Shown: piece after piece, positions 9,251-19,280 of the stretch | Position numbering within the stretch: position 1 is the first letter of the stretch | Layout of the letters: each line of letters opens with the position of its first letter | DNA from: Patescibacteria group bacterium | GTDB taxonomy: Bacteria > Patescibacteriota > Patescibacteriia > JAQUQO01 | Assembly: GCA_028716045.1 (NCBI GenBank) | Contig: JAQUQO010000001.1 | Coordinates: forward strand, 384,942-448,941 | Length of the DNA: 64,000 nt | Reading direction: 5' to 3' | Notes under the pieces: generated by a model | What the model was told of the DNA's origin: nothing | What the model saw: only the letters and a program-made list of their open reading frames with translations | The model's database searches: none | Made by a program: the position numbers and the translations under genes

Positions 9251-10189
9251 TTATATTTTTACCGCCACCCGCAGCTTGGCGCTGCGTGACGCCGGATTAA
9301 TTTTGAGCTCCCGTTCGCCCGGTTGAACGGCTTTTTTGGTTAATATTGTTAATGATGGCTTGTGGCCGCAGACACAGCGGGGAAATCTCGGCGGACAAAT
9401 ACATCCCCGCGCCGACTCTTTTAAAAAATTTTTCACTATTCTATCTTCCAGCGAATGGAAGGAAATAACCGCCACCCGTCCGCCCGGCGCTAAAAGTTCC
9501 AAAACGTCAGGCAAAACTTTTTTCAAATTATCAAGCTCGCCATTAACTTCTATCCGCAATGCCTGGAATGTTCTGGTGGCAAAATGGGTTTTATTGTGTA
9601 GATATCTGGGTGGGACCGACTGTTCTATAATTTTCACGAGCTCTGCGGTTGTGGTTATCCTTTTCTTCGCCCTTTCCCGAACTAAACTGCGGGCGATGCT
9701 TTTCGCGAACCGTTCCTCTCCATATTCGCGCAAAATCCGCGCTAATTCCTGCTCGCTGTAATTATTTACAATGTCCTCGGCCTTGAGTTCGCTTCGCTTG
9801 TCAAAACGCATGTCCAACGGACCAGCGCTTAAAAAAGAGAAGCCACGCTCCGGATCGTCGAGCTCACCTCGTGATAAGCCCAAGTCAAGTAATAAGCCGT
9901 CAAATTTAGAAAATCTGTTAGCATAAACGATATTTTTTAAGTTGGCAAAATTATCCCTGACTAAAATTATTCTGTTTTTGAATGGCTGAAGGCGGGTGGC
10001 CGCTTTTTTAAGCGCCCGCTCGTCTAAATCAATCCCGAGGAGTTTTCCCGCCGGCGAGGTTTTTTCTAAAATCGCTTCGCTGTGTCCCCCGTCGCCCAAA
10101 GTGCCGTCAATAAAATTTTCGTTCGGCTGAGGATTTAAATATCTAAGAACTTCCTCCTTGAGAACTGAATAATGAAATTGGCCTGCCAT
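9251..10189 (-). CDS. rsmH: 16S rRNA m4C1402 methyltransferase
   Basis: DGTLGDGGHS, DLGLS, RGFSF, PLDMRFD, FQALRIEVN, ISFHSLEDRIVK, SRSAKLR. Confidence 0.97.
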   Translation of the reverse strand: MAGQFHYSVLKEEVLRYLNPQPNENFIDGTLGDGGHSEAILEKTSPAGKLLGIDLDERALKKAATRLQPFKNRIILVRDNFANLKNIVYANRFSKFDGLLLDLGLSRGELDDPERGFSFLSAGPLDMRFDKRSELKAEDIVNNYSEQELARILREYGEERFAKSIARSLVRERAKKRITTTAELVKIIEQSVPPRYLHNKTHFATRTFQALRIEVNGELDNLKKVLPDVLELLAPGGRVAVISFHSLEDRIVKNFLKESARGCICPPRFPRCVCGHKPSLTILTKKAVQPGERELKINPASRSAKLRVAVKI

Positions 10190-10411
10190 AGTAAATTTTC
10201 GGGGAACAAATTATTTTGTATATTATCAAAACGAAAATGTGTATAGATAGGAAAGAGGCAGAGTGAATCCGCCTCTTTCCTATAGGACATATCTAAACTT
10301 TCCTCTTCCGCTGTCCGGTTAAATTTTTTGGTTTTTGATGATTTTGTTTTTATTTTAATCATCCAATACTTAACCGTCCAGCTTCGGGAAAAAATTTACA
10401 AATGTAAGGAG

Positions 10412-10843
10412 CTACACTTCGGCCTGGCCTAATTTTTCGGCAATCTCGCCTATGGATTTTTCGGTCTTCTCTTTATATGAATTCCATTTTCCTTCGTCCC
10501 AAATTTCCAAATGGTCATAGAGGCCGGTCACTATCACTTTTTTATTAAGCCCCGCGTATTTTCTCAAATACTCCGGCAAAACGATTCTCCCCTGCTTATC
10601 AATCTCCACGTCCATGGCTCCGGAAAGGCGGAGACGGGCGTAAGCTCTGTTATTCGCCTGATTGATAGAAAGTTTGGAAATATTTTCCGCCTCTTTTTGC
10701 CACTCCTCCAAAGTATGAATAAATAAACAATCGTCTAAACCTTTGGAAATCACCGCCCCCTTAGTTAAATCTGCCCTAAACTTGATTGGGACGGCCAAAC
10801 GGCCTTTTTCGTCTATGTTATGTGAATATTCTCCGATAAACAT
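10412..10843 (-). CDS. mraZ: Division/cell wall cluster repressor MraZ
   Basis: MFIGEY..IDEKGRL, IDKQGRI, HLEIWD; 143 aa from the ATG at 10843. Confidence 0.96.
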   Translation of the reverse strand: MFIGEYSHNIDEKGRLAVPIKFRADLTKGAVISKGLDDCLFIHTLEEWQKEAENISKLSINQANNRAYARLRLSGAMDVEIDKQGRIVLPEYLRKYAGLNKKVIVTGLYDHLEIWDEGKWNSYKEKTEKSIGEIAEKLGQAEV

Positions 10844-10865
10844 ATTTGTTGATATTTTGATGGAC

Positions 10866-10962
10866 TTATCCACAGAATTTCTATCTTATCCCCACTTTTA
10901 TCCACCTAATACCATTATACACCATTTTAAACCATTTGGCAACCATCAAATGTGGGGATAAC
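10866..10962 (-). promoter_or_regulatory. mraZ upstream region with ~10-bp-spaced TGG direct repeats (putative MraZ boxes) and DnaA-box-like 9-mers
   Basis: Minus strand ATGGT/GTGG units at about 10-11 bp period around TATAAT; TTATCCACA at 10866-10874. Confidence 0.6.
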
Positions 10963-11100
10963 TCCACCGAGAAAATGTGCTCCGCGCTGGGTGTTTTACG
11001 GCTTTTATCGCTTGACATTATTTTGGGCTTATGTTAAAGTGCAACGTTCCCTATATTTGGGACCTTGAAAATAAAAATATCACTACCTTGGGAGGTTTTA

Positions 11101-11556
11101 ATGTTGATGACAAAAGAAACAAAGGATTATAAAGAAAAAGAATCGCCAAGTATTGAGAAGCTTCTCAAACGGATAAGAACAGAAGATACTTTGATGAGCG
11201 CCTTTCTTGTCCGCCGGAATCATAAGGAAGATTTGAAGAGATTATTGAAAGATTTGCCGAGTGAAGAATTTTCAAAAAGTTGCGGTGACCCGAGTTTAAA
11301 AACGCCGCTCTTAACTAAAATAAAACACTATGTATTCGGCAGTGAAACTGCGCTGAAAATAGCGCAAGCGCTAAACAAAATTGATGCCAATTATAAAAAA
11401 CTGGAAACGGAGTTGAAAAAATTTCAAAAGACGGACAGGCGAGTCTATTTTTATGTCCTTTCAACGGAAAACGGCGAGGTCTTTAGGGTTTTTGATGAAA
11501 TTACAGACGAAGCGAACAAAGAAATACGGGCCGCAAAAAAGAAAAAATTTTTCTGA
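11101..11556 (+). CDS. Hypothetical protein
   Basis: TTGACA-17-TAAAGT promoter (11012-11040), GGGAGG SD, terminator at 11575-11603. Confidence 0.7.
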   Translation: MLMTKETKDYKEKESPSIEKLLKRIRTEDTLMSAFLVRRNHKEDLKRLLKDLPSEEFSKSCGDPSLKTPLLTKIKHYVFGSETALKIAQALNKIDANYKKLETELKKFQKTDRRVYFYVLSTENGEVFRVFDEITDEANKEIRAAKKKKFF

Positions 11557-11624
11557 AAAATTCAAGGCAAAACAAAAGAGCCGTTTAACAAACGGCTCTT
11601 TTTAAATATCTTGTCTAATTGCCT

Positions 11625-12032
11625 TTACGCTTCCGGATTTAACGTATCCAATTCCGGGGTAATGCTTTTATTAAATACTTCTTCCCACTCATTACTTTTC
11701 TTGCCACGAAGTTCCCCTACCGTCTTCTCAATCATTTCGCCCCTCATCTTACTAATAAAAGAAATATTTTTAAAACTTAAATTTCTTCCCAAATAACTAT
11801 CAACCATCTTTTCCGCCCAAGCATGTAATTCTATTTCCTCCGCGGAAGCCTCTTTTCTTTCTAACTCTCCTGCCGTGGCTTTTCCAAAGGCTTTTTCAAT
11901 TTCTAAATCCAAATCCTTTTCAGCGCGGTGGCGTTCTATCTCTCCCGCTTTGGCAGAATTAATAGCATTCACAACCTCTTCCCCTGAAGGAAGTTCTTCT
12001 TTTTTCCCGAAAAGTTTTCTAAAAATATCCAT
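11625..12032 (-). CDS. Hypothetical protein
   Basis: 135-aa charged ORF; TTGACA-17-TATAAT at 12119-12091. Confidence 0.7.
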   Translation of the reverse strand: MDIFRKLFGKKEELPSGEEVVNAINSAKAGEIERHRAEKDLDLEIEKAFGKATAGELERKEASAEEIELHAWAEKMVDSYLGRNLSFKNISFISKMRGEMIEKTVGELRGKKSNEWEEVFNKSITPELDTLNPEA

Positions 12033-12213
12033 ATTATTTTTCCTCTCTTCCCGCCAGCTGGCGGATTATTTATCTTGATTTACAAATATAATTATAACAT
12101 ATTTTAGCGATTTTGTCAATACCCAACTATAATTTTAAAAAATCAATAAAATTGTTGCCTAAAAACAAAAACCCTGACTAAATCAGGGTTTTTGAAAAAG
12201 CTTGAAAAACTAA

Positions 12214-12495
12214 TTAGAGGACGGCTTCTTTGGCGGCCTTGGCTACGCGAAATTTCACAACGGTCTTGGCGGGAATAGTGATGGTGGCGCCAGTGGCCGG
12301 ATTGCGGCCCTGTCTCTCTTTGCGGTTAACCTTCACCAATTTGCCGATTCCCGGAACAACAAACTGCCCGCTTTTCTTGACTTCGCTGTAAGCCAGCTCG
12401 GTCATCTTCTCAAGAACCGTGCCAACATCCTTCTTGCTTACGCCGGCTTTCTCGGCCAACGCCTGCAAGATTTGGCTCTTTGTCATTTTTGACAT
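12214..12495 (-). CDS. hup: HU family DNA-binding protein
   Basis: MTKSQI..LAEKAGVSK, PGIGKL, RQGRNPATG.TITIPAK..VKFR. Confidence 0.95.
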   Translation of the reverse strand: MSKMTKSQILQALAEKAGVSKKDVGTVLEKMTELAYSEVKKSGQFVVPGIGKLVKVNRKERQGRNPATGATITIPAKTVVKFRVAKAAKEAVL

Positions 12496-12707
12496 AGATT
12501 TCCTCTTAATTTTTAATTATTTTTAGTTAATTTGGCTAAAATTAGCAATTTTTACAATTTTCTTAGAAAATTTACACCCCCATTTCTAAAACCCCTTTAT
12601 TTATTGGCTTATTATAGCACAGTTAAAAAGTGCTGTCTAAACTGCGCAAGTGGATAAATAAAAAACCCGAACTTATAAAGTTCGGGTGTAATTTTCGGCT
12701 CTTGGAA

Positions 12708-13496
12708 TTAAAGCCCGTCCATATCGTCGTGATTCTCTTTATAAACAGAATGGACCAGTTGCGCAAGGTTAACTTCCGCACCCTCTTCTATCATTTCTTT
12801 ATGCAGAAAGTTAACTATATCAACCGCCGGACCAGTCGGAGAAGACACTTTCAGGACGGCTTCCTGCAGAGCGTTTTTGCCGTATCTGTTGATAACATTC
12901 AGAGCCGCTCCCCTTTCTCTTAAATGTTTTACATATCCGAAATCGGATATTGAGACCGCTTTCATAAGAGGAGTGTTGCCTTCATCGTCCTCCACCTCCA
13001 ACGACATTTCCCGCTTTATCATTTCTTCTACCACATATTCAAAAATTTGATTTTTCTGAGCAGTGGCGGGGACGGTAATGGCAATATGGAGCGGCGCTGC
13101 TTTTTCGCCAACCAGCTTAACAAGGGCGGCTCTTTTTTGGCAAAAGAATGTTACCATCTTTAAAATACCACCCTCAATCGCGACCGGAAGGGCTCTCTCG
13201 CCGCTCTTAGTAAGATGATTCAGGCTCCTATCATCAAAGGCGACGAAAAGCTTTTCTGCCATTTCAAGATACCCTTTAGCCGCGCAGATGATATAACACT
13301 CACTCCGCTCGTCCGGGGTTACATTGACAAGGACCCCCTTTTGAATAAAGTAATCAACAATATCACGGGCGTCGAGTCGCACGGCCTCCTTGAATTCCTC
13401 TGCCCTAACCGTTACCTCTGTCTCACCCTCTAGGTAGTATTTAATAAGTTTCAGGTTGCGATTACGAATAGCCGCCATTAAAATTTCATTTTCCAT
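12708..13496 (-). CDS. Ankyrin-repeat protein
   Basis: APLHIAI, GNTPLMKAV, GAALNVINRYGKNALQEAV. Confidence 0.8.
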   Translation of the reverse strand: MENEILMAAIRNRNLKLIKYYLEGETEVTVRAEEFKEAVRLDARDIVDYFIQKGVLVNVTPDERSECYIICAAKGYLEMAEKLFVAFDDRSLNHLTKSGERALPVAIEGGILKMVTFFCQKRAALVKLVGEKAAPLHIAITVPATAQKNQIFEYVVEEMIKREMSLEVEDDEGNTPLMKAVSISDFGYVKHLRERGAALNVINRYGKNALQEAVLKVSSPTGPAVDIVNFLHKEMIEEGAEVNLAQLVHSVYKENHDDMDGL

Positions 13497-13572
13497 TCTT
13501 TTCTCTCCCTTACTATTTGATTGTCAAAAAATCCACTGCTGGCAATTTAACAGATTATTAAAAATCTGTCAA

Positions 13573-13598
13573 GACCCGTCGGTCGCGATTGACGGGTC
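13573..13598. repeat. Family C 26-bp palindrome abutting the -35 box of the ankyrin gene promoter
   Basis: GACCCGTCGGTCGCGATTGACGGGTC next to TGTCAA at 13567-13572. Confidence 0.85.
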
Positions 13599-13605
13599 AA
13601 GTTCC

Positions 13606-14805
13606 TTATTTTAACGCCAGAAGTTTTTTAATAATATCATCTCTTTGCTTCATGCTTAGAGCGTGTAAAACCACAATTATTTCCTTGCCCTTTTTCAGCG
13701 CCACATTTCTCTGCGCTTCCACTAAAAATCCGGTTTTAACTCCGTCAGGGTTAAAGCCGAGCAAACTGTAATTCCTGTTATTCACCTTAATGCTCCGCGA
13801 GGGAGTATTTATGACATACTCGGTGGATTTGGAAGTATCGGCTATTTCAGGAAAGGCAAAAGCGGTTTTGGCCAAAAGCGCCATCTCCTTGGGCGTACTG
13901 ACATTATGAGAATCAAGGCCGGTCATATCAAAAAATTTTGTCTTTTTAAGCCCAAAGCTCTCGGCTTTAGCGTTCATTAAATACACGAACTCCTCGCGCG
14001 GCAGGCCGGCGCTATCTGCCAGAGCCACCGCCGCCTGATTGGACGAGGCCACCAGCATGGCCACCCACAAATCGCGGAAGCTTACCCTGTCCCCTTCCTG
14101 CAAATCAACTTCGCTGGTCGCGTCCTCCCCGACTTTATCTTTGGGATAATTCAACGCGGCGGCGGTAATTATCACTTCCTTATTCCAATCCAGATTTAAG
14201 TCCAACAGCACTAAAGCGGTCATTAATTTTGTGAGCGAAGCCAGCGGCAAAATTTTATCAATATTACTGCCTTCCGCTTCGCTCTCATCCGTAAGTTTGG
14301 CGTAAGCCACGGAATTAAAAGTATAATCCGAGGTTATTTGGTCGCGATTCATCGGAATCTTCGCCAAATCTTTATTGGCAATCCCTTTGCCGAAACGGCG
14401 CATAATGGCAAAAGCTGACTGGCCGTCTTTCAGATAATATCGCAAGCCGTCCGCGGGATTAACATACCAGGCCTCGCCGCGGCTTTCCACTTGAATTAAA
14501 ATTTTACCTTTAACTCGCTCTACCAACTTTTTGTCCATTGTCTCTCCGGCTTTCTCGGGAATCTTCTCCAAATCTTTATTGGTGATACCCAACCCCAGCC
14601 GCCGCATCGCTTCGTAAGCGGCTGCGCCGTCTTTCAGATAATATCTCTCGCCGCTGGCGGGATTGACATACCAGGCCCGGCCATAGCTTTCTACCTGCAG
14701 TAAAATTCGGCCGGCAAAAATTTGGCTCAAATCCTTTTTTTCGGCCGCCCAAACAAAACTTGGGCAGAAAAGAAAAATTAAAAATAATAATAGCGCCTTT
14801 TTCAT
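13606..14805 (-). CDS. D-alanyl-D-alanine carboxypeptidase (peptidase S11) with N-terminal duplicated CPR repeat
   Basis: SLTK, SSN and KTG motifs; two GRILLQVE..G.AWYVNP repeats; signal peptide from the ATG at 14805. Confidence 0.88.
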   Translation of the reverse strand: MKKALLLFLIFLFCPSFVWAAEKKDLSQIFAGRILLQVESYGRAWYVNPASGERYYLKDGAAAYEAMRRLGLGITNKDLEKIPEKAGETMDKKLVERVKGKILIQVESRGEAWYVNPADGLRYYLKDGQSAFAIMRRFGKGIANKDLAKIPMNRDQITSDYTFNSVAYAKLTDESEAEGSNIDKILPLASLTKLMTALVLLDLNLDWNKEVIITAAALNYPKDKVGEDATSEVDLQEGDRVSFRDLWVAMLVASSNQAAVALADSAGLPREEFVYLMNAKAESFGLKKTKFFDMTGLDSHNVSTPKEMALLAKTAFAFPEIADTSKSTEYVINTPSRSIKVNNRNYSLLGFNPDGVKTGFLVEAQRNVALKKGKEIIVVLHALSMKQRDDIIKKLLALK

Positions 14806-14848
14806 AGCGCTATTATTATACCAAAAAATTGTCGTTTCCGAAAGAAAA

Positions 14849-15208
14849 TTAAAATTTGAACTTGCTCGCGAGTTTACCAATCAACGGTAACTCTTTCTCT
14901 TTGCCGCCGGCCGCGTTTATCACTCCGATAATGAAAAGCGCCAATAGGCCAAGATGAAAAATCCAATAAATCTTCCACCAGACGTAAAAAGGCAGAACGG
15001 CGCTGATTACCCAAACAACCAAACAGGACAAAAAGAGCAACAAACCTTGCTTGACGTGAAACTTCACAAATGGGTCGTTCTTGGCGTCGGTCAAAAGCGG
15101 AATAAAGAAAAGAATGTAGGCGACAATTGCCATAGCCGTATTCTGCTTTTTGCCCGGCGCGGGGGGCGGATTTGTTTCCGGCTGATTTTGTTTCATCGGC
15201 TCTTCCAT
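14849..15208 (-). CDS. DUF4870-like membrane protein
   Basis: AIVAYILFFIP..DPFVKFHVKQG..GVINAAGG.EKELPLIG. Confidence 0.8.
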   Translation of the reverse strand: MEEPMKQNQPETNPPPAPGKKQNTAMAIVAYILFFIPLLTDAKNDPFVKFHVKQGLLLFLSCLVVWVISAVLPFYVWWKIYWIFHLGLLALFIIGVINAAGGKEKELPLIGKLASKFKF

Positions 15209-15271
15209 AAATTGTTATTTATTTTTTAAAATAGTTTCTTTATTCGTATTTAAAAAATTATATTTGATTTA

Positions 15272-16186
15272 TTACGGTTGGAGAGCATCTTCTACCCGTC
15301 CGTTAACGGAAATAATCACTTCTTTGACTGTCGGAAATTGTTTGAGGGTTTCGGTAATTTGCGAGCGGATAGCCACCACACGACAGGAACCGCCGACTTG
15401 ATATTCTAATTGTTCATCAAACTCCGCCGTAGCCACGCCGTCTTTTATCGTCAAATTTTTCACCTTAACGCCGGAATTGATGTTAGAAAGATACCCCGCT
15501 GATTTTTCCGCTTCCGTCGGGCCTTTTAACAATTCTTCCAGCGCCGCCCGGCCGATGGCCTCGGTTCTGGGAATTTCCCGCTCCACGCTGAAAACTTTGG
15601 AGCAATCCAAAACCTCCGGGTCCAGCTTTTGATTGCCAAAAAATAATTTCATTTTAGACGTTTCCGATTTTTGAATCACTACCGGAATTTCAATTTTCTT
15701 CTCATTCTCCGGCAAACCCGAGGGATTATCATTCATTAATACCAAAGTACCGTTCTCTGATTTTAACGCCGTAAAAATCAAACTCCCCTTAAATGGCACC
15801 ATTTTCTCCGTCATCCACTCTCCCTCCGCCTCTACGCTCCCGCGGGCGATTTCCTCGCCGGCGTCATCTAAAAGTCGCGCCGGAAATGAGGCCTCAAAAA
15901 ACCAACTGCCGCGCGCCCGGCCGCTGATTTCCAAAGGACTTTTGATTCCCGCTCCCCGCGCCGGACTTTCCACCACGATTTCCTCGGATAAAACTGAATT
16001 CTCTTTTTTCTCCTCGCCGCAGCCCGACTCCGGCATAGCCGCTGACGGCTGGCCGTGTTTTATCCATTCGCCGTTCACGCAAATCCAAGAATCCTCGCCG
16101 GTAAAAATTCTTGCGCCGGCTATGGCTATTAAACCGACTGCTAAAATAATCAAAATAACTACGATAATTTTTTTCATATAATTCAA
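15272..16186 (-). CDS. Gmad2 Ig-like plus GerMN domain protein
   Basis: SPLEISGRARGSWFFEASFP; AALEELLKGPT..QITETLKQFPTV. Confidence 0.88.
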   Translation of the reverse strand: MNYMKKIIVVILIILAVGLIAIAGARIFTGEDSWICVNGEWIKHGQPSAAMPESGCGEEKKENSVLSEEIVVESPARGAGIKSPLEISGRARGSWFFEASFPARLLDDAGEEIARGSVEAEGEWMTEKMVPFKGSLIFTALKSENGTLVLMNDNPSGLPENEKKIEIPVVIQKSETSKMKLFFGNQKLDPEVLDCSKVFSVEREIPRTEAIGRAALEELLKGPTEAEKSAGYLSNINSGVKVKNLTIKDGVATAEFDEQLEYQVGGSCRVVAIRSQITETLKQFPTVKEVIISVNGRVEDALQP

Positions 16187-16378
16187 TAATTATTTAATCC
16201 TTTTGTTTAAATATACCATAACCGGGTAAAATTAAAAGGAGCGCGCATTACGACGAATTTCTAGTAACGCCAAAACCGGCAGCTTAAGCTGCCGGTTTTT
16301 TATATTAAAGAGTTGAATATTTTTGTGTTTATAAAAAAGCTCCCACAAATGTGGGAGCTTAGAAAGCTCCGCTATCCT

Positions 16379-16666
16379 TTACCCTTTTCTTATTATTTTT
16401 CGAAACGTTTCCATTCTATCAACCTCAAAAATATTTGTGTAAGCCATGTCTATCAAAGAGCAAAGGTTCATTAGCTTCATAATTTCCCGATCGGTCAATC
16501 GCTCCGCTGACCTCACTATTTCCAGCTTTAGATCGGCATAGCGAAAAAGCCATTTTTTGGAATACTGAGATTTCTTACCACTTTTCCGACCCAAGGAGAG
16601 TTCTTTTGCAAGTTCTACAATGGAACTTTGCAATTCTCTGAATTCTTTCTTTCCCCTATCGCTCAT
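16379..16666 (-). CDS. Hypothetical protein
   Basis: AAGGTGGTGA SD before ATG 16666; TTGACA at 16736-16731; hairpin at 16338-16360. Confidence 0.6.
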   Translation of the reverse strand: MSDRGKKEFRELQSSIVELAKELSLGRKSGKKSQYSKKWLFRYADLKLEIVRSAERLTDREIMKLMNLCSLIDMAYTNIFEVDRMETFRKIIRKG

Positions 16667-16738
16667 CTTTCTCACCACCTTTCTGATTTTGTTGAAGAAT
16701 GTAAATATAGTAGCACTCGTGGAGCCATTTTGTCAATT

Positions 16739-16812
16739 TGGCTCCGGGGCTTGGATTCGAACCAAGATAACATGCTCCAGAGGCATGTGTCCTACCATTA
16801 GACGATCCCGGA
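16739..16812 (-). tRNA. tRNA-Gln (CTG)
   Basis: Cloverleaf, anticodon loop CTCTGGA, GGTTCGAATCC, encoded CCA. Confidence 0.96.
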
Positions 16813-16873
16813 CCGCGCCCGCAACGCCTCGCAAGCTCGGCTTGCGATGGCGGGCGGAAAAATAAAAACAAAA

Positions 16874-18478
16874 TTATTCTATCACTTTCCCGCCGAATTC
16901 TTCAAGTATCTCACTGACTATCCCCTCCTGCGCCGTTTTTTCATCTTCCCCCGCCCTAAACCCCACATCGGCAACTATCGGCGTGATAATAATCTCTTCA
17001 CCAAAAACTTCTTGTAAAGTTTCCTCTATAATCGTCTTAATTTTGACTTCACCGGCTTTTTCTTGATGCAGTTTGTATTGAAAGCCGATACGCAGCTTAT
17101 CTTCGTCAAAATCCAAGGGCTGGCTAAGTTTCATAATAAACGGCAGAGAATGATTCTTGGCGCTGATTTTTTCCAAAAATTCCGGCCAGCGGGATTTTAT
17201 TTCTTCCGCGGTTATTTTTATTTTTTTCTTTCTCTTCACTTCTTTTTTCGCTTCAGCTTTTCCTTCTGCCGGCTCCTGTCGCATACCCTTCTCCTCCGCT
17301 TTAACAGAAGATTGACTGGCAACCGCCACGGATTCAATCCTTCCGGAGATTACATTTTCGTTGCTATTTAGTTTTTTTTTACTCTTGCCTGCGCTAATTT
17401 CAAAAATGGCTAACTCTAAAGGCAGTTGAACGATATCCGCATTTTTCAAAAGCGGAATTTTCTCCATAAAGACATTAATCATATTCAAAAGGTCAACTAC
17501 CTCAACGTAAGCGAGCAGATGCTTTATTTCTTTTTCGGTTTTTTCTTCAAAACCCTCGGCAAATTGCGCCAAGTCATTGCTAATTTTCACCAAAAGCATC
17601 TTGCGCAAAAATTCCACCGCGTCCTTGATAAACTGATTAAAATCCACCCCTTCATTTATAAGACGATTAACAAGTTCCAGCGCCTCTTTAGTCTTATCTA
17701 GAATCAAATATCCGACCAGCTCCGCCACCAGATTAAATTCCGAACGCGGAATCACGAGTTCGGCCGCGTCCTTAGTTATCTTTTTTTCTCCCAGGGAAAA
17801 AATCTGCCCAAGCAAGCTCTCGGCGTCGCGCAAACAGCCATCGCTATGGCGGGCGATATTTTCCAAAACTGCGTCTTCAATATCAATTTTTTCTTTCTGG
17901 GAAATCATTCTTAAACGCCCGACTAACTCGGCAGCGCCGATTTTTTTAAAATCAAAACGCTGGCAACGAGAAACAATAGTCAGGGGAATTTTGTGAACTT
18001 CAGTTGTGGCTAAAATAAAGATCACTCGGGCCGGCGGTTCTTCCAAAGTTTTAAGAAGAGCGTTAAAAGATGCCGTGGAAAGCATGTGCACCTCATCAAT
18101 AATAAAAACTTTATACTTGAGGCGCGACGGCGAAACGCGGGCGTTTTGGATAACGTTTTCACGGACATTATCAACCTGCGTATGCGTGGCCGCATCCATT
18201 TCAACAATATCCAGCGCGCGACCCTCGGTAATCTCGCGGCAAGCGGCGCACTCGTTGCAGGGCTCGGACTCCCCTTCTTGACGGCGCTCGCAATTAACGG
18301 CCTTGGCAAAAATACGCGCCATGGTGGTTTTGCCCACCCCGCGCGGTCCGGTAAATAAATAAGCGTGGGTGATATCGCCCGTTTCTATTTCGTGCTGCAA
18401 AGTAATCTTAATGTGGTTTTGATTAATAACGTCGGAAAAACTCTGCGGCCTGTATTTTCGGTAAAGTGTTTGAGACAT
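16874..18478 (-). CDS. dnaX: DNA polymerase III subunit gamma/tau
   Basis: LYRKYRPQ, GPRGVGKTT, zinc site, IIDEVHML, SRCQRF. Confidence 0.97.
   Translation of the reverse strand: MSQTLYRKYRPQSFSDVINQNHIKITLQHEIETGDITHAYLFTGPRGVGKTTMARIFAKAVNCERRQEGESEPCNECAACREITEGRALDIVEMDAATHTQVDNVRENVIQNARVSPSRLKYKVFIIDEVHMLSTASFNALLKTLEEPPARVIFILATTEVHKIPLTIVSRCQRFDFKKIGAAELVGRLRMISQKEKIDIEDAVLENIARHSDGCLRDAESLLGQIFSLGEKKITKDAAELVIPRSEFNLVAELVGYLILDKTKEALELVNRLINEGVDFNQFIKDAVEFLRKMLLVKISNDLAQFAEGFEEKTEKEIKHLLAYVEVVDLLNMINVFMEKIPLLKNADIVQLPLELAIFEISAGKSKKKLNSNENVISGRIESVAVASQSSVKAEEKGMRQEPAEGKAEAKKEVKRKKKIKITAEEIKSRWPEFLEKISAKNHSLPFIMKLSQPLDFDEDKLRIGFQYKLHQEKAGEVKIKTIIEETLQEVFGEEIIITPIVADVGFRAGEDEKTAQEGIVSEILEEFGGKVIE
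17372..17380 (-). promoter_or_regulatory. A9 putative slippage site producing the gamma subunit
   Basis: AGT AAA AAA AAA CTA AAT AG; both shifted frames stop almost at once. Confidence 0.65.
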
Positions 18479-18632
18479 AGTTATATCTTAGTATAAATAT
18501 ATTAACTTATTATCTAAATAATATCAAGTAAATCGAAGAAATAGCTTATAACCTGAAACTTATAACTCCTAACTTAAAACGGCCTCTCGGCCGTTTTTTA
18601 TGTTATAAATTTGAGATACAAGTTATAAGTCT

Positions 18633-19244
18633 TTATTTCTTTATCACATTCTCCACCGCCGCCCAGGCGCTGCTCTTGTCTTTGGGAACAAGAATCACCA
18701 CATCATCTCCTTTTTCACCCTTAAAATACGACACGCTGGCTTTAAGAAGTTTGTATTTTCTATCTTCCACAATGGCAGAAAATTCTCCGGTATCGTCGTT
18801 CTCGAAAAGTTGACCCACCAGCCGTTCCCTTTCCACCGGACCGATTTGTTTATAGATGAAGGTGCCGCGCGCGGTGATGGTGAGTTTTAAAATATCTCCT
18901 TCAACTAATTTTGATTTGGAAGCATAATTCGCCGGCACGCTATATTGCTTGCCGTCGGGACCTATCATGTTCTGACCGTCAAAAACCCCCTCTACCGTCA
19001 TCCCCGTTTCTTTTTCCGCTGGCTTAATCAGGGTTTCGCCGCGGGTATCCAAACTCATCGGCAAATCCCCGCCCTTTTCTTCTAATAAGTCCAAAATCTG
19101 GCAAACAGAGCTTTTAATGTTTTCCAGCCGGCTTTTTATTTTAATCACTTCCGCGCTCGTCAAGGCCTCTTTTTCTTTGTTTTTATTTTCCTCTTCCTCG
19201 GCTTCCGTGTCACCAAGGTCTTCTTCTATAATTTTGCTTTTCAT
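18633..19244 (-). CDS. Conserved CPR hypothetical protein
   Basis: EGVFDGQNMIGPDGKQYSVPANYASKSKLVEGD motif; follows the ATPase gene. Confidence 0.75.
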   Translation of the reverse strand: MKSKIIEEDLGDTEAEEEENKNKEKEALTSAEVIKIKSRLENIKSSVCQILDLLEEKGGDLPMSLDTRGETLIKPAEKETGMTVEGVFDGQNMIGPDGKQYSVPANYASKSKLVEGDILKLTITARGTFIYKQIGPVERERLVGQLFENDDTGEFSAIVEDRKYKLLKASVSYFKGEKGDDVVILVPKDKSSAWAAVENVIKK

Positions 19245-19280
19245 ATTTTTATTTTTTAATTTTCTTTTATTTTGGAAACT

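Noticed and set aside
10866-10962. oriC, suggested by TTATCCACA and similar 9-mers
   Set aside because: Only one perfect box, no dnaA/dnaN nearby, and the motifs coincide with the expected MraZ repeats; not excluded without GC-skew data
16620-16871. ORFs of 81 and 71 aa
   Set aside because: They overlap tRNA-Gln(CTG); 51372-51671 similarly lies antisense to tRNA-Pro
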